In this document: one piece after another, positions 31,630 through 42,367 of the stretch
How positions within the stretch are numbered: the first letter of the stretch is position 1
Layout of the letters: each line of letters starts with the position of its first letter
Origin: Dehalococcoidia bacterium
GTDB taxonomy: Bacteria; Chloroflexota; Dehalococcoidia; Plut-88900
Assembly (NCBI GenBank): GCA_965207225.1
Contig: CBDBLV010000005.1
Coordinates: forward strand, 1,344,001-1,408,000
Direction: 5' to 3'
DNA: 64,000 nt
Made by a program: the position numbers and the translations under genes
The notes under the pieces: model-generated
Seen by the model: only the letters and a program-made list of their open reading frames with translations
The model's database searches: none
Told to the model about the DNA's origin: nothing

Positions 31630-32085
31630 ATGTCGATACGCGAACAGTTGGATGCAGACCTGCTGGAGGCGGTGCGCAACAAGGATGGACTAAAGCGCTC
31701 CGCCTTACGTCTTATTAAGGCCAGCGTGCAGTCGGAGGAGAAGTCCCGGGGCAAGGAGCTGGGGGACGACGACGTGGTGCAAGTTTTGACTCGGGAGGCG
31801 AAGCGGCGACGGGAGAGCATTACGGCGTTCCGGGACGGCAACAGGCCCGACCTGGTGGAAAAAGAGGAGGCTGAGCTGGCGATTATTGCAAAGTACCTGC
31901 CGCAACAGCTCACCGAGGAAGAAGTGAGAGAGATAGCCCAGTCGGTGATTGAGGAAGTGGGGGCATCGGGGCCGGGGGAGCGGGGGAAGGTGATGGGCAA
32001 ATTGATGCCACAGGTAAAGGGCAAGGCGGATGGGAAGATGGTGAACCAGATAGTAGGGGAGCTGCTGGCCGGGAAGTCGGGTTGA
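31630..32085 (+). CDS. GatB/YqeY domain protein
   Basis: KRRRESI.AF..G.R.DL, YLPQQL.EEE, GKVMG...GKADG; typical position after rpsU. Confidence 0.92.
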   Translation: MSIREQLDADLLEAVRNKDGLKRSALRLIKASVQSEEKSRGKELGDDDVVQVLTREAKRRRESITAFRDGNRPDLVEKEEAELAIIAKYLPQQLTEEEVREIAQSVIEEVGASGPGERGKVMGKLMPQVKGKADGKMVNQIVGELLAGKSG

Positions 32086-32230
32086 GAAGTATGAAGTCGG
32101 GTGAAGGGACCCGGGCCTGGGTTATTATTGACTCGGGGCTCGGGTCTTTCTTTGTTAAGAAGGAAGTTCACTACTGCCACCCAACATCAGAGACGCGGGT
32201 AGAGCAAAGGGAGTTGCCTGAGTGACCGAT

Positions 32231-32268
32231 AGACGCTTGAGATTCCTCGCGAGGCCTCGGAATGACAG
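32231..32268. repeat. Short REP-like repeat family R2 (AGATTCCTCGCGRGGC..CGGAATGAC)
   Basis: Related copies at about 3091-3125, 15938-15962, 47352-47378 and degenerate at 60014-60040, all intergenic. Confidence 0.7.
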
Positions 32269-32310
32269 TGCAGTCTCCGCGAGGGGATGACGGGTTACCA
32301 AGAACTGACG

Positions 32311-33006
32311 ATGAGATTTGGTGTAGTGGTGTTTCCGGGGACGTGGAGCGACGTGGACTGCTATCACGTGCTGGATGAGGTGCTGGGGCAGGAGGTCAGC
32401 TACGTCTGGCACAAGGAGACGGACCTGTCTTCCTACGATTGCGTGGTCCTGCCGGGCGGGTTTTCGTATGGGGACTACTTGAGGTGCGGGGCCATTGCAC
32501 GGTTCTCGCCGGTGATGGAGGCGGTGGTGGACTTTGCGGGGAGGGGTGGGGTGGTAGTCGGGATATGCAACGGTTTCCAGGTGCTGAGCGAGTCGGGGCT
32601 GCTGCCTGGGGCTTTGATGAGGAACGACAGCCTGGAGTTCCGGTGCCAGTGGGTTAACCTGCGGGTCGACAACACTGCCACTACGTTTACCAAGAATTGT
32701 GGACCGGGGCAGGTGATCCGGGTGCCGATATCCCATGGCGAGGGGCGGTACTACGCCGACGAGTCGACGCTTAAATCGCTTGAAGAGGAGGGTCGGGTGC
32801 TTTTCCGGTACTGTGATGATGAGGGGTCGGTGACACCGGAGTCGAACCCCAACGGGTCGTTGAACGGGATAGCGGGCATAGCGAACCGGGAAGGGAATGT
32901 GCTGGGGATGATGCCGCACCCGGAGAGATGCTGCGAGCCTTTGCTCGGTGGGACGGACGGGTTATATGTGTTTGAGTCGATTGTCGATACTCTAACGAGG
33001 GTATGA
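32311..33006 (+). CDS. purQ: FGAM synthase glutaminase subunit; start may be 32287
   Basis: [30 protein letters not shown]. Confidence 0.96.
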   Translation: MRFGVVVFPGTWSDVDCYHVLDEVLGQEVSYVWHKETDLSSYDCVVLPGGFSYGDYLRCGAIARFSPVMEAVVDFAGRGGVVVGICNGFQVLSESGLLPGALMRNDSLEFRCQWVNLRVDNTATTFTKNCGPGQVIRVPISHGEGRYYADESTLKSLEEEGRVLFRYCDDEGSVTPESNPNGSLNGIAGIANREGNVLGMMPHPERCCEPLLGGTDGLYVFESIVDTLTRV

Positions 33007-33057
33007 CCGACTTCCCGCGCTAAACTCTCTATATGATTCCGAACAGAACCCTTCCCG

Positions 33058-33912
33058 ATGAATCCGACTGACGCGCCGCACAGCGGAGACAACTGCCCAC
33101 GATTCTGCCGCATGTGCGGCCTGCAACTGGCGCCCGATTGGCGATTCTGCACCCACTGCGGAAGCTCAGTCCTTCCGCAGACAGGTGTTATCGAAAAGGG
33201 AGGGGAAGGGCTCCCTATTCCAGCTAGTCGGGGTGGGGCGGGGTGGGGGGTCAAAGATGTAGCGCTAGGCACGGGCTTTTACATAGTCCAGGCCGTCTCG
33301 ATTCTGGCGATAGTCTACCTAGTAGCCGAGGCTGTAGAAGCCGACTATACGGGCATACCACTGCTGGTTGGGATGTTGCTGGTCCAGCTTGCCCTCCCGT
33401 TGACTGTGTGGATATTCGTTGTCTCGCGTCGCAAGGTCCGGTGGAGTGCTCTAGGGTTGTGGAGGTGGCCGGCTTGGAGGGATGCAGGGTGGGGGGTGGT
33501 AGTGCTGATAGCGGAGATAGCGGTGCAGGTGGCCTACTACGTGGTCCTGGAGAGGGCGGGTGTTGACACGGAAGACCTTTCGCCAACGCCCTTTGTTGAG
33601 GCGGGCAGCGAATACCTGATTGGCCTGGCAATCCTGGCGATTGGGGTTGCGCCCATAGCGGAGGAGCTTTTCTTCAGGGCGTTTGTGTTTGGGGGGCTGG
33701 CGGGGAGGGGGGGATTCTGGTGGGCGGCGACTACAAGCGCTCTTCTTTTCATGGCGGCGCACCTGGAACCGCTCAGTTTCCCGCCGCTCTTCGTCTTGGG
33801 GTTGCTGCTGGCGTGGCTTTATCATAGGACGCGCGCATTGTGGGCGCCGATGCTGGTGCACTTTGGAAATAATGCGATAGCGGTTGGTGTGCTACTTGCT
33901 GATGTCTACTAA
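33058..33912 (+). CDS. CPBP (CAAX/Abi) intramembrane metalloprotease with N-terminal zinc ribbon
   Basis: FC..CG...FC..CG zinc ribbon; EELFFR, F.AAH, H..NN. Confidence 0.88.
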   Translation: MNPTDAPHSGDNCPRFCRMCGLQLAPDWRFCTHCGSSVLPQTGVIEKGGEGLPIPASRGGAGWGVKDVALGTGFYIVQAVSILAIVYLVAEAVEADYTGIPLLVGMLLVQLALPLTVWIFVVSRRKVRWSALGLWRWPAWRDAGWGVVVLIAEIAVQVAYYVVLERAGVDTEDLSPTPFVEAGSEYLIGLAILAIGVAPIAEELFFRAFVFGGLAGRGGFWWAATTSALLFMAAHLEPLSFPPLFVLGLLLAWLYHRTRALWAPMLVHFGNNAIAVGVLLADVY

Positions 33913-33954
33913 CGAAACTTACGTGCTGATTCAGCACTCTCATAGGAAATCAGA

Positions 33955-36156
33955 ATGCCAGTAAGCAGGGAAGAGCTAGACCAACTGGCGATCTCCGAGG
34001 AAGAGTACGAGCTAGCCGTGGACAAGCTCGGTCGGGAGCCGAACCTGGTGGAGCTGGGGATAATCGGGTCCCTGTGGAGCGAACATTGCAGCTATAAGCA
34101 CTCGAAGCCGTTGCTGAGGATGTTCCCTTCAGACGGTGAGAGGGTGCTGGTGGAGCCCGGAGCCGAAAATGCGGGCGCGGTGGATATCGGGGGTGGGCTG
34201 GCGGTGGTGATGAAGATAGAGTCGCACAACCATCCGTCGGCGATCGAACCGTACCAGGGGGCGGCGACGGGGGTGGGGGGGATAGTGCGAGACATATTCA
34301 CGATGGGGGCAAGGCCCATCGCCCTGCTCAACTCATTGCGTTTTGGGCCGCCCGATACAGCACGAAATCGATACTTGTTCAACGGGGTGGTGGGGGGAAT
34401 AAGCGGGTACGGCAACTGCCTGGGGATCCCGAACGTCGGGGGTGAGGTTGTGTTTTCGCCGACGTACTCGGGGAACCCGCTGGTGAATGCGATGTGCGTC
34501 GGGCTGGTGAGCACGGACGGTCTGTTAAAGGCGCGGGCGGAAGGGACGGGCAACCTGATTTTGCTGGTGGGCGCCGACACGGGCAGAGATGGGATTCATG
34601 GGGCGTCGGGGCTGGCCTCTAGGACGTTCGAGGAGGAGAGGGAACTCAGGCCAACGGTGCAGGTTGGGAACCCGTTCCTGGAGAAGGTGCTCATCGAGGC
34701 CTGCCTGGAGCTTTCGGAAGCCGGTCTGCTGGTGGGGCTGGCTGACCTGGGGGCGGCGGGCCTGACGAGTGCTGCTGTTGAGAGCGCGGGTCGGGCGGGG
34801 AGCGGGGTGGATATAGACGTGGGTCGGGTGCCGCGTCGGGAGGAGGGAATGACGCCTTACGAGGTCATGCTCTCCGAGTCTCAGGAACGGATGCTGCTGA
34901 TCATCTCGCCGGAAAACAAGACTGCGGTCGATAATATTACGGAAAAGTGGGACTTGCACTCGGACGTTATAGGTCGGGTGACGGATGACGGTCGGGTGAA
35001 AATCAGAGACGACGAGCAACTGGTGGCCGATCTGCCTGTGAGTGTACTGACAGATGCGCCACAATACAGAATCGACGGGAAGAAGCCTGAGGGTCTTTCG
35101 GAATTGCAGGACTTTGACTTCGATACGCTGGCTCTGCCCGAGGAGGGGCCGGAGTCGGTGCTGCTGAGGCTTCTGGCGTCGCCGAACGTGGCGAGCAAGG
35201 AGTCGGTATTCAGGCAGTATGACCACCAGGTGATGACGAATACTGTAGTCCCACCGGGGAGCGACGCAGCGCTGATAAGGGTGAAGGGGACCAAGAAGGC
35301 AATATCTCTTTCGACGGATGGGAATGGCCGGTTCTGCTACCTGGACCCGTTTGCGGGGGGCGCCATTGCGGTGGCGGAGGCATCCCGGAATGCTGCGTGT
35401 GTCGGGGCACGGGGGATAGCGGTGACGGACTGCCTGAACTTCGGCAACCCGGAGAAGCCGGAGGTGTACTACCAGTTGGAGGAGTGTGTACGCGGGGTGA
35501 CGGAGGCATGCAAGATCTTCGGGATGCCGGTAATAAGCGGCAACGTGAGCCTGTACAACGAGACGATGGATGAGCCCGTATACCCTACTCCCGTCGCTGG
35601 GGTGCTGGGTCTTCTGGAGGATGTCTCGCTGGTTTGCGGGATGGGGTTCAGGAATGAAGGTGACGTGGTGCTGCTCCTGGGGCCCGCGCCCAGTGCTACG
35701 GGGCTGGGCGGGAGTGAATACCTGGAAGTAGTCCACGAGAAAGTGGCAGGGAAGCCATCGATAGACCTGGAATTGGAAAAACGGGTGCAGGAGTTGTGCG
35801 TGGCGCTAATAGAGGAAGGGATGTTAAATTCAGCGCATGACTGCTCTATGGGTGGTTTGGCAGTGGCGCTGGCGCTCTGTGCGATTCAAGGAGAAATCGG
35901 GATAGAGTGTGAGGTCGGGGGGAAGGGGAGGTGGGATGCGGTGCAGTTTGGGGAAGTGCAGTCGCGGATTGTGGTCTCGGCAAGGCCGGGAGACGTTGAG
36001 AAGGTGAAGGAGATGGCGGAGGGGGCTCGCGTGCCGGTGACGGAGTTTGGGGTGGTGGGGGGAGAACGGTTTAGGATCGGCGTGGACATTGATCTACCCC
36101 TAAATGAGGTTGCCGAAACTTGGAGAAATGGTCTGCTCAAGGCTATGCATCAGTAG
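33955..36156 (+). CDS. purL: FGAM synthase subunit PurL
   Basis: [43 protein letters not shown]. Confidence 0.98.
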   Translation: MPVSREELDQLAISEEEYELAVDKLGREPNLVELGIIGSLWSEHCSYKHSKPLLRMFPSDGERVLVEPGAENAGAVDIGGGLAVVMKIESHNHPSAIEPYQGAATGVGGIVRDIFTMGARPIALLNSLRFGPPDTARNRYLFNGVVGGISGYGNCLGIPNVGGEVVFSPTYSGNPLVNAMCVGLVSTDGLLKARAEGTGNLILLVGADTGRDGIHGASGLASRTFEEERELRPTVQVGNPFLEKVLIEACLELSEAGLLVGLADLGAAGLTSAAVESAGRAGSGVDIDVGRVPRREEGMTPYEVMLSESQERMLLIISPENKTAVDNITEKWDLHSDVIGRVTDDGRVKIRDDEQLVADLPVSVLTDAPQYRIDGKKPEGLSELQDFDFDTLALPEEGPESVLLRLLASPNVASKESVFRQYDHQVMTNTVVPPGSDAALIRVKGTKKAISLSTDGNGRFCYLDPFAGGAIAVAEASRNAACVGARGIAVTDCLNFGNPEKPEVYYQLEECVRGVTEACKIFGMPVISGNVSLYNETMDEPVYPTPVAGVLGLLEDVSLVCGMGFRNEGDVVLLLGPAPSATGLGGSEYLEVVHEKVAGKPSIDLELEKRVQELCVALIEEGMLNSAHDCSMGGLAVALALCAIQGEIGIECEVGGKGRWDAVQFGEVQSRIVVSARPGDVEKVKEMAEGARVPVTEFGVVGGERFRIGVDIDLPLNEVAETWRNGLLKAMHQ

Positions 36157-36263
36157 TTTTGAGCCGATTCGCGTCCTTGTCCCGTTCTGCCAGCGTTATA
36201 TAATTGCCGTTGGGGTGGAAGCCCTACAGACATTGCCAAAATTAGTCGTCTACAGAAAGGTTC

Positions 36264-37463
36264 GTGGCCGAATTGAGAGTGATATTCCTGGAAGAAGTCG
36301 AGAACGTCGCCAAGGCCGGAGACGTAAGAGAAGTCAAGAACGGATACGCCCGAAACTACCTTTTCCCGAAGCAGCTGGCAGTATTAGCCACGCAGGATCA
36401 GATGCGTCGGGTTGAGGCGCTGAAGCGGGCGGAGGCATTGAGGCAGAACAATGCAGAGGCCCGGGCTGCGCTACTGGCACCCAAGCTGGAAGGCTTGTCG
36501 GTGTCTCTAGAGGCCCGGAGCGGCCCGACGGGACGGCTCTACGGATCTATCAACGCGTCGGCTGTGGCGAAAGCGATTTCGGAGGCGTCGGGTGAGGATG
36601 TCGGGGCTAGGGATGTGCTGCTGGAAGAGCCTATCAAGGCTGTCGGGAGCTACGAGGTAACGGTGGGGCTGGGCGCGGAGGTTGAGCCAGTGATCAGGGT
36701 GGAGGTTGTCGAGGCTGAGCCGGCCAAGCCGACGACTAAGCGCAAGGCGAGGGCGTCAAAGGTGAAGGAGGTAGTAGCAGAGGCGGAAACAGTAGTTGAA
36801 GAGGCCACCGTAGCTGAGGCGGTTGAAGAAACCGCTGTCGTCGATGAAGTGGAGGAGGCTCCTGCTTCGGAGCTGGTCGAAGGGGCAGTTACTGCCGAAT
36901 CAACAGAAGCATCTGCCGAGGTAGGGGATGCTCCCATCGCGGAAGATGAAGCAGCGGCCGAGTCTGAGGTTGTTGAAGAGGCCCCTGTTGTCGAGGTAGA
37001 AGAAGAGACCGTTGTTGCGGAAGCGGAAGGCGCGGTTGCCGAAGCGGAGGAGGTGGACGACACAACTGTCGAGGAGGACGCACCAGAGGCAATGGCCGTT
37101 GCGGAGACTCCGGAAGAGGCCCATGCTGCCGAAGGGGAACCCGCGGCCGAAGCTGAAGTAGTTGAAGATGCATATCCTGCGGAAGAAGCGCTTGAGGAAA
37201 CCGTTGCTGAAGTAGTGGAGGAAACCCCGACTGCCGAGGTCATAGAGGAGGCAGTGGTGAGTGATGAGGTGGAAGAGGAGGCCGAAGCAGCTGAGGAAGA
37301 GGCTCCTGTAGAAGAGACTGCCGAGGCGGAGGCAGTGGTGGAAGAGGAAACGAGTGAGGAAGAGGGGACTTCGTCTGACGGGAATGAACCGTCGGCAAAG
37401 GAGTCAGCGGCCGCAGCGGCGGTGCGGCGGGCGAAACGCAGACAGCAACAGGCCGAGCAGTAG
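36264..37463 (+). CDS. rplI: 50S ribosomal protein L9 with a long acidic low-complexity C-terminal extension
   Basis: GYARNYLFP, GRLYGSI, PIKAVG in the first ~150 aa; E/A/V-rich tail follows. Confidence 0.92.
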   Translation: MAELRVIFLEEVENVAKAGDVREVKNGYARNYLFPKQLAVLATQDQMRRVEALKRAEALRQNNAEARAALLAPKLEGLSVSLEARSGPTGRLYGSINASAVAKAISEASGEDVGARDVLLEEPIKAVGSYEVTVGLGAEVEPVIRVEVVEAEPAKPTTKRKARASKVKEVVAEAETVVEEATVAEAVEETAVVDEVEEAPASELVEGAVTAESTEASAEVGDAPIAEDEAAAESEVVEEAPVVEVEEETVVAEAEGAVAEAEEVDDTTVEEDAPEAMAVAETPEEAHAAEGEPAAEAEVVEDAYPAEEALEETVAEVVEETPTAEVIEEAVVSDEVEEEAEAAEEEAPVEETAEAEAVVEEETSEEEGTSSDGNEPSAKESAAAAAVRRAKRRQQQAEQ

Positions 37464-37515
37464 TTTAAGCGCCAAGTTATCCGGGGGAGGCGCCCGATTG
37501 GGCGTCGGGGGATGA

Positions 37516-38889
37516 ATGTACGCGGAAAAGCTGCCGCCACATGATATAGATGCAGAGGACTCTGTTCTGGGGTCGCTGCTCATCAACGGGGAAGCGATTA
37601 ACGAGGTCGCACCCCTGCTGGACGCCGACGATTTCTATCGAGAGTCGAACCGGTGGTGTTATGAAGCGTGCGTCGACCTTTACAACCGGGGCGTGCCTAT
37701 AGACCAGGTCTCGGTTGAAAGCGAGCTAAACCGCAGGCAGCGGCTGACCAATATGGGCGGTGCCGCTTACCTTAGCCACCTGGTTACGGTGGTGCCGACT
37801 TCGGTGCACATCAAGGCCTATGCGGGCATCGTGCGCAGGATGGCGACGATGCGGCGCATCATCGAGTCGGCGGGGCAGATTTCGAAGATCGGGTATGATG
37901 CGGGCCCCGACGAAGAAGAGGCGCTGAGCCGGGCCGAGGACATCCTGTTCCGGCTGAGGAGCGGGCAGAGGTCTCAGGACTTTGTGCACATCCGGGAAGT
38001 CCTGGACGAGTACCTGGAAGAAGGGGGCACATTCACTAGAGACGAGGGAGAAGGACCTCTATCGGTTGCGTTGACGGGGTTTCACAACCTGGACACTCTG
38101 CTGGGAGGACTGCACCGGTCAGACCTGATTATCCTAGCGGCGAGACCGAGCCTAGGGAAGAGCAGCCTGGCGTTGAACATCACACGGACTGCGGCTCTGG
38201 ACCAGGGCGCCCGAGTGGCTGTGTTCAGTTTGGAAATGAACAGAGAGCAAGTGGTGCAGCGTTTGCTTTCCAGTGAGTCGGGAGTGGATACGAGGAACTT
38301 TAGACTTGATGAGTCGGGACTTCAAAAGTTCACGGTGGAAGAATCCGAGAGAGTCGTAGATGCAACAGGTAAATTGGGCGGTGCTCAGATCTATATAGAT
38401 GACTCTCCTAACCTGAATATCGTCGAGCTTCGGAGCAAGGCCAAACGACTTCACAGGGAGCAACCCTTAGACCTGATAATTGTCGATTATATGGGTCTGA
38501 TGCTCCAGCGTGGAGACAACAACGTTGCGGAGATGAGCGAGATATCAAGGCGGCTCAAGTTGCTTGCCAGGGACCTGAACGTGCCGCTGGTGGCGCTGTC
38601 GCAGCTGAGTCGGGCGCCGGAACTCAGACAGGACCACAAGCCGATGCTGTCGGACTTGCGGGAGAGTGGGAGTATCGAGCAGGATGCGGACGTGGTGATG
38701 TTCATATACAAAGCGGATAAGTACTACACGGAGCAGCAGTGGGGGAAGCTGTTCCCCGACGAGATGTACCCGAAGGGAATAGCGGACATCATAGTCGGGA
38801 AGCACAGGAACGGGCCAACGGGGACGATACAGCTGCGGTTCGTGGACCATCTGGCCAAGTTCGAGCCGTTACCGGTGGGTGTGGCTTAG
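37516..38889 (+). CDS. dnaB: Replicative DNA helicase
   Basis: LPPH, AARPSLGKS, FSLEM, LSQLSR, SDLRESGSIEQDAD, KHRNGP. Confidence 0.98.
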   Translation: MYAEKLPPHDIDAEDSVLGSLLINGEAINEVAPLLDADDFYRESNRWCYEACVDLYNRGVPIDQVSVESELNRRQRLTNMGGAAYLSHLVTVVPTSVHIKAYAGIVRRMATMRRIIESAGQISKIGYDAGPDEEEALSRAEDILFRLRSGQRSQDFVHIREVLDEYLEEGGTFTRDEGEGPLSVALTGFHNLDTLLGGLHRSDLIILAARPSLGKSSLALNITRTAALDQGARVAVFSLEMNREQVVQRLLSSESGVDTRNFRLDESGLQKFTVEESERVVDATGKLGGAQIYIDDSPNLNIVELRSKAKRLHREQPLDLIIVDYMGLMLQRGDNNVAEMSEISRRLKLLARDLNVPLVALSQLSRAPELRQDHKPMLSDLRESGSIEQDADVVMFIYKADKYYTEQQWGKLFPDEMYPKGIADIIVGKHRNGPTGTIQLRFVDHLAKFEPLPVGVA

Positions 38890-38896
38890 GACTCGG

Positions 38897-39613
38897 ATGT
38901 CGGGGTTTGAGGGTTTCAGGGCGAACTCTCAGAAGACGGCGATTCCCAACGTCTTCTTCACCCAACTCATGCCGCAAATCAAGGATGCGGCGGAGCTGAG
39001 AATTGTGCTTCACGTGTTTTGGGCAGTGCAGCAGAAGAAGGGTTCACCCCGATTTGTTACATTCAGGGAATTGCTTGGGGACAAGGTCCTAGGCCCAAGC
39101 CTGGGCAAGGACCTGACGGAGCGGGTGGAGGCATTGGAGTCGGGGTTGAAGGGGGCGGTGGAGAGGGGGGTGTTGATAAGCGCCAGGGTCGAGGCGGAGG
39201 GCCTGGGGCACGAGCTCTATATGCTCAACACCCCTGAGAATGCACGGGCGGTGGAGAGAATGACGGGTGAGGGGGTCAGTGTTCCACCAGTAACGATCGA
39301 GGTATCCGGCGAGGATGCAAAGCCCAACATATACTCTTTGTATGAAAATAACATAGGCCCGCTGACTCCACTAATCTCGGAGGAGATCGAGGCGGCGTTG
39401 CGGCAGTTTTCCGAGGAATGGATAAGGGAGGCAGTACAGGAAGCGGTGCGATACGAGGCCCGGAGCTGGCGTTATATCGAAGCGATCCTTAGAAAATGGA
39501 AGACGGAAGGGAAAACAGGTGGAGCGGCTCGGGGACATTCTGAAACAAGATCGGATACGGACAGGTATTTCAAGGGGAAGTACGGACACCTCGTCAGGCG
39601 AAGGTTTGACTGA
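38897..39613 (+). CDS. DnaD-domain replication protein
   Basis: IPNVFF N-terminal domain; YENNIG.LTP..., W.YIEAIL.KW C-terminal DnaD motif. Confidence 0.85.
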   Translation: MSGFEGFRANSQKTAIPNVFFTQLMPQIKDAAELRIVLHVFWAVQQKKGSPRFVTFRELLGDKVLGPSLGKDLTERVEALESGLKGAVERGVLISARVEAEGLGHELYMLNTPENARAVERMTGEGVSVPPVTIEVSGEDAKPNIYSLYENNIGPLTPLISEEIEAALRQFSEEWIREAVQEAVRYEARSWRYIEAILRKWKTEGKTGGAARGHSETRSDTDRYFKGKYGHLVRRRFD

Positions 39614-40931
39614 AGAGGCTGCCGGTCATCCCGACTGCGAGATATGCAAGGGTATCGGGTGGGTGACGCCCGACGTGTCGTTCGGCCACCCCGATTTCGG
39701 GAAGGCGACACCGTGCAGCTGTCTGAAGGCGGAATGGGAAGAGCGGATCCCGGAACGGCTGGAGCAGTACAGTAATCTCGGGCCTCTGTCCCGACTCACT
39801 TTCGACAACGTAATACCGCAGGGTCGGAGCCCGGACGAAGACAACAAGAGGTTGTTTCAGTCCGCATATGATGCGGCCAAGAGGTATGCGGCCGAGCCTC
39901 GGGGGTGGTTGGTACTCACGGGTAACAGCGGGAGCGGAAAGACACACCTTGCTGCAGCAGTGGCCAATCATTGCATTGGTCTGAGGATTCGAACATTCTT
40001 CATGGTTACTCCCGACCTGCTGGACCATCTGAGGGGAACGTTCGGGCCGAACAGCGAGGTTACATACGATGAACTCTTTGAGCAGGTGCGCAATGTTCCG
40101 CTGCTAATACTCGATGACCTCGGGTCTCAGACCAGCAGCCCATGGGCCGCGGAAAAGCTGTTCCAACTCCTGAATCACCGGTTCAACACTCAACTTCCGA
40201 CGGTGATTACAACTAACATACCACTGGAACGGCTGGACGAGGGCCTGCAAAGCCGCCTGACGGACCCGATGCTTTCGACGGTGATTGAGGTTGAGAGAAG
40301 GTCGTCAGTGCTGAGCTCGATGGACAGCCTGAACCTGGCATTGCCGGCGAACATGACCTTTGAGTCGTTCAAGCCAGGGGGGAGGGGGCTGAAGGGGGAG
40401 GCAAAACAGAATCTGGAGGGCGCTTATAGAGCAGCGCTCAATTTCGCGGAGTCGCTGGACGGCTGGATGGTGTTGATGGGGCCGCCGGGTAGGGGGAAGA
40501 CGCATTTGGCGGCGTCGATAGCGCACTATCACAGGAGTAGGGGGAGGGATGGGCTGTTCATAGTAGTGCCTGACCTTCTCGACTACCTGAGATCCACCTA
40601 TGCGTTAGATTCCCGAATAACTTACGACGAACTGTTCAATAAGGTTAGAACTGTATCGCTGCTAGTTTTGGATGACTATGGAGAGCAGGCAGCGACCCCC
40701 TGGGCGAAAGAGAAGTTGTACCAAATCCTAAATTATCGTTACAACGGCAGGATGCCGACTGTGATAACAACGGCGCTTTCCCCGGATGATATGGATGAAA
40801 GGATAGGCTCGAGGATGGCGGACCCCAGTTTGACGATGCTGTACAGTATCGATCAAGTGCCGGACTACCGGAGTGGGGATGTGAGAGTGGGACGTCCGAG
40901 GCGGGGGGAGGGGATGAGGGGGCGAAGGTAG
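39519..40931 (+). CDS. DnaC/DnaI/IstB-like helicase loader with two tandem AAA+ domains
   Basis: CxxC..CxC N-terminus; Walker A GNSGSGKT and GPPGRGKT; Walker B LILDD and LVLDD. Confidence 0.88.
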   Translation: MERLGDILKQDRIRTGISRGSTDTSSGEGLTEEAAGHPDCEICKGIGWVTPDVSFGHPDFGKATPCSCLKAEWEERIPERLEQYSNLGPLSRLTFDNVIPQGRSPDEDNKRLFQSAYDAAKRYAAEPRGWLVLTGNSGSGKTHLAAAVANHCIGLRIRTFFMVTPDLLDHLRGTFGPNSEVTYDELFEQVRNVPLLILDDLGSQTSSPWAAEKLFQLLNHRFNTQLPTVITTNIPLERLDEGLQSRLTDPMLSTVIEVERRSSVLSSMDSLNLALPANMTFESFKPGGRGLKGEAKQNLEGAYRAALNFAESLDGWMVLMGPPGRGKTHLAASIAHYHRSRGRDGLFIVVPDLLDYLRSTYALDSRITYDELFNKVRTVSLLVLDDYGEQAATPWAKEKLYQILNYRYNGRMPTVITTALSPDDMDERIGSRMADPSLTMLYSIDQVPDYRSGDVRVGRPRRGEGMRGRR

Positions 40932-40980
40932 CGGTAATGTCTACCGAATTCTGAATTGTCCACACTAAGGCGAAACAACT

Positions 40981-41298
40981 GTGTCCTGCGTATTTTGTGA
41001 CATCATCTCGGGGGTGGAGAGGGCGAATGTGCGCTATGAGGACGAGGAGTTTATCGTCTTCGACAACAAGCTGACCTGGGCGCCGGTGATGCTGCTGGTG
41101 GTGAGGAAGCGGCACATGGACCAGGAGGAGTACTGGCAGGACATGTCGGAGGCGGGGCGGATTGCGGTGGAGATGGGGAAGCGCCATTGCCCCGACGGCT
41201 TCCGCCTGGTGTCCAATTTCGGGGATGACGCGATGCAGAGCCAGGAACATGGGCATCTGCACGTGATCGGGGGGAGGTTTCTCGGGCCCTACGTGTAA
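40981..41298 (+). CDS. HIT-family protein
   Basis: CVFC, QSQEHGHLHVIGG. Confidence 0.88.
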   Translation: MSCVFCDIISGVERANVRYEDEEFIVFDNKLTWAPVMLLVVRKRHMDQEEYWQDMSEAGRIAVEMGKRHCPDGFRLVSNFGDDAMQSQEHGHLHVIGGRFLGPYV

Positions 41299-41313
41299 CC
41301 CAGGGCTCGAGGG

Positions 41314-42186
41314 CTAGTTCTCGGAGCTGGGCTGCTGGCGCTGGCGTAAGAAGTCTTCCAGGCTCTTGATGATTTCATCAGAGCGAAGGGGTTCCTCTTT
41401 CTCCTCGGGCTGGTGAGAGCTCTCGAGTTGGCGTACGTAACGCTTCAGCTTCGGGTTCTGTTCCAGAGCCTGCTCCACCTGCTTGTCGAGGCGGTCGCCG
41501 CGGCGGCGGAGGTCCTGGATGTCCAAGTCGAGGTCCAGGATGGGCAGAAGACGGCGAAGGACGGCTCGCCATGCCTTCGGGTTGGCGGTGGGGAGGTAGT
41601 GGGGGGTGCCCGTCCAGAGGCTAATGCTGGGGATGCCAAGCTCTTCGCAGGCGTGCTCCAGGACGGCATGGATGGAGGTCGGGCCTTCGTAGTCGGTGAA
41701 CTGGAGGTCGTACTCGGCGAGGTCGTCACGGGCGCCGCTGTCATTTACGGCGGCGGAGACGATGGGCTCCCGTGTGTGTGGGGTGGAGTCGTAGAAACTA
41801 CCGAGTAGGATCAGTTCGTCGGGGTCCTGGTCCTGAAAGGCGGCAAAGAAATCATCGGTGAAACTGCGCCACCTTAGGTGGGGCTCGGTGCCGAGGAAGA
41901 GGATGAGATCGTGTTCGCCGTACAGGTTCTCCCAGTAGTAGAACTCGTTGGTGAGGAAATCAAGGCTCTTGATGACGCCCTCGGAAATCTTGCCGTAGGG
42001 TCGGGCGTTAGTGAAATCGTAAAAGGGGTCGGGGTCCAGTTCGGCGAACTTGGTGGGGTTCAGTTTGCTCTTCAGGTAGGACACTGCTCCCGAAGACACC
42101 TCACCGGCATTGGCCCAACCCGAGAACCCGGCCAGCACCTTGGGTTTCCTGAGTTCTGGCGTTTCCGAGATGATGAGGTTGCTCAT
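41314..42186 (-). CDS. PAC2 (proteasome assembly chaperone) family protein
   Basis: GWANAG, FYDF..RP, EPHLRW, PHTR, YEGPT, PHYL. Confidence 0.88.
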   Translation of the reverse strand: MSNLIISETPELRKPKVLAGFSGWANAGEVSSGAVSYLKSKLNPTKFAELDPDPFYDFTNARPYGKISEGVIKSLDFLTNEFYYWENLYGEHDLILFLGTEPHLRWRSFTDDFFAAFQDQDPDELILLGSFYDSTPHTREPIVSAAVNDSGARDDLAEYDLQFTDYEGPTSIHAVLEHACEELGIPSISLWTGTPHYLPTANPKAWRAVLRRLLPILDLDLDIQDLRRRGDRLDKQVEQALEQNPKLKRYVRQLESSHQPEEKEEPLRSDEIIKSLEDFLRQRQQPSSEN

Positions 42187-42367
42187 GGAGAATGCCTATC
42201 AGCCTGCAAATGGACTGGGCCGATATCGGTGCGAGGGGCGAAGGGGCTATCAAAGTCCCTGTTGGTAGTATACCAGCAAGGGGGGAGTCGGTGCTATTTG
42301 GAGAAGCGTCTGCAAAGAAGGAGGGGATGCGATTAGAATTTCGGCTGATCCAAATCCGAGGGATGGA

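Noticed and set aside
36650-37540. Ser/Thr/Ala-rich 296-aa ORF on the minus strand
   Set aside because: Antisense of the acidic L9 tail; its composition follows from the GAG/GAA/GCN codons on the other strand
39519-40931. IstB-like ATPase as an IS21 element or prophage replication module
   Set aside because: No IstA transposase, terminal repeats or phage genes; sits in the rplI-dnaB housekeeping operon
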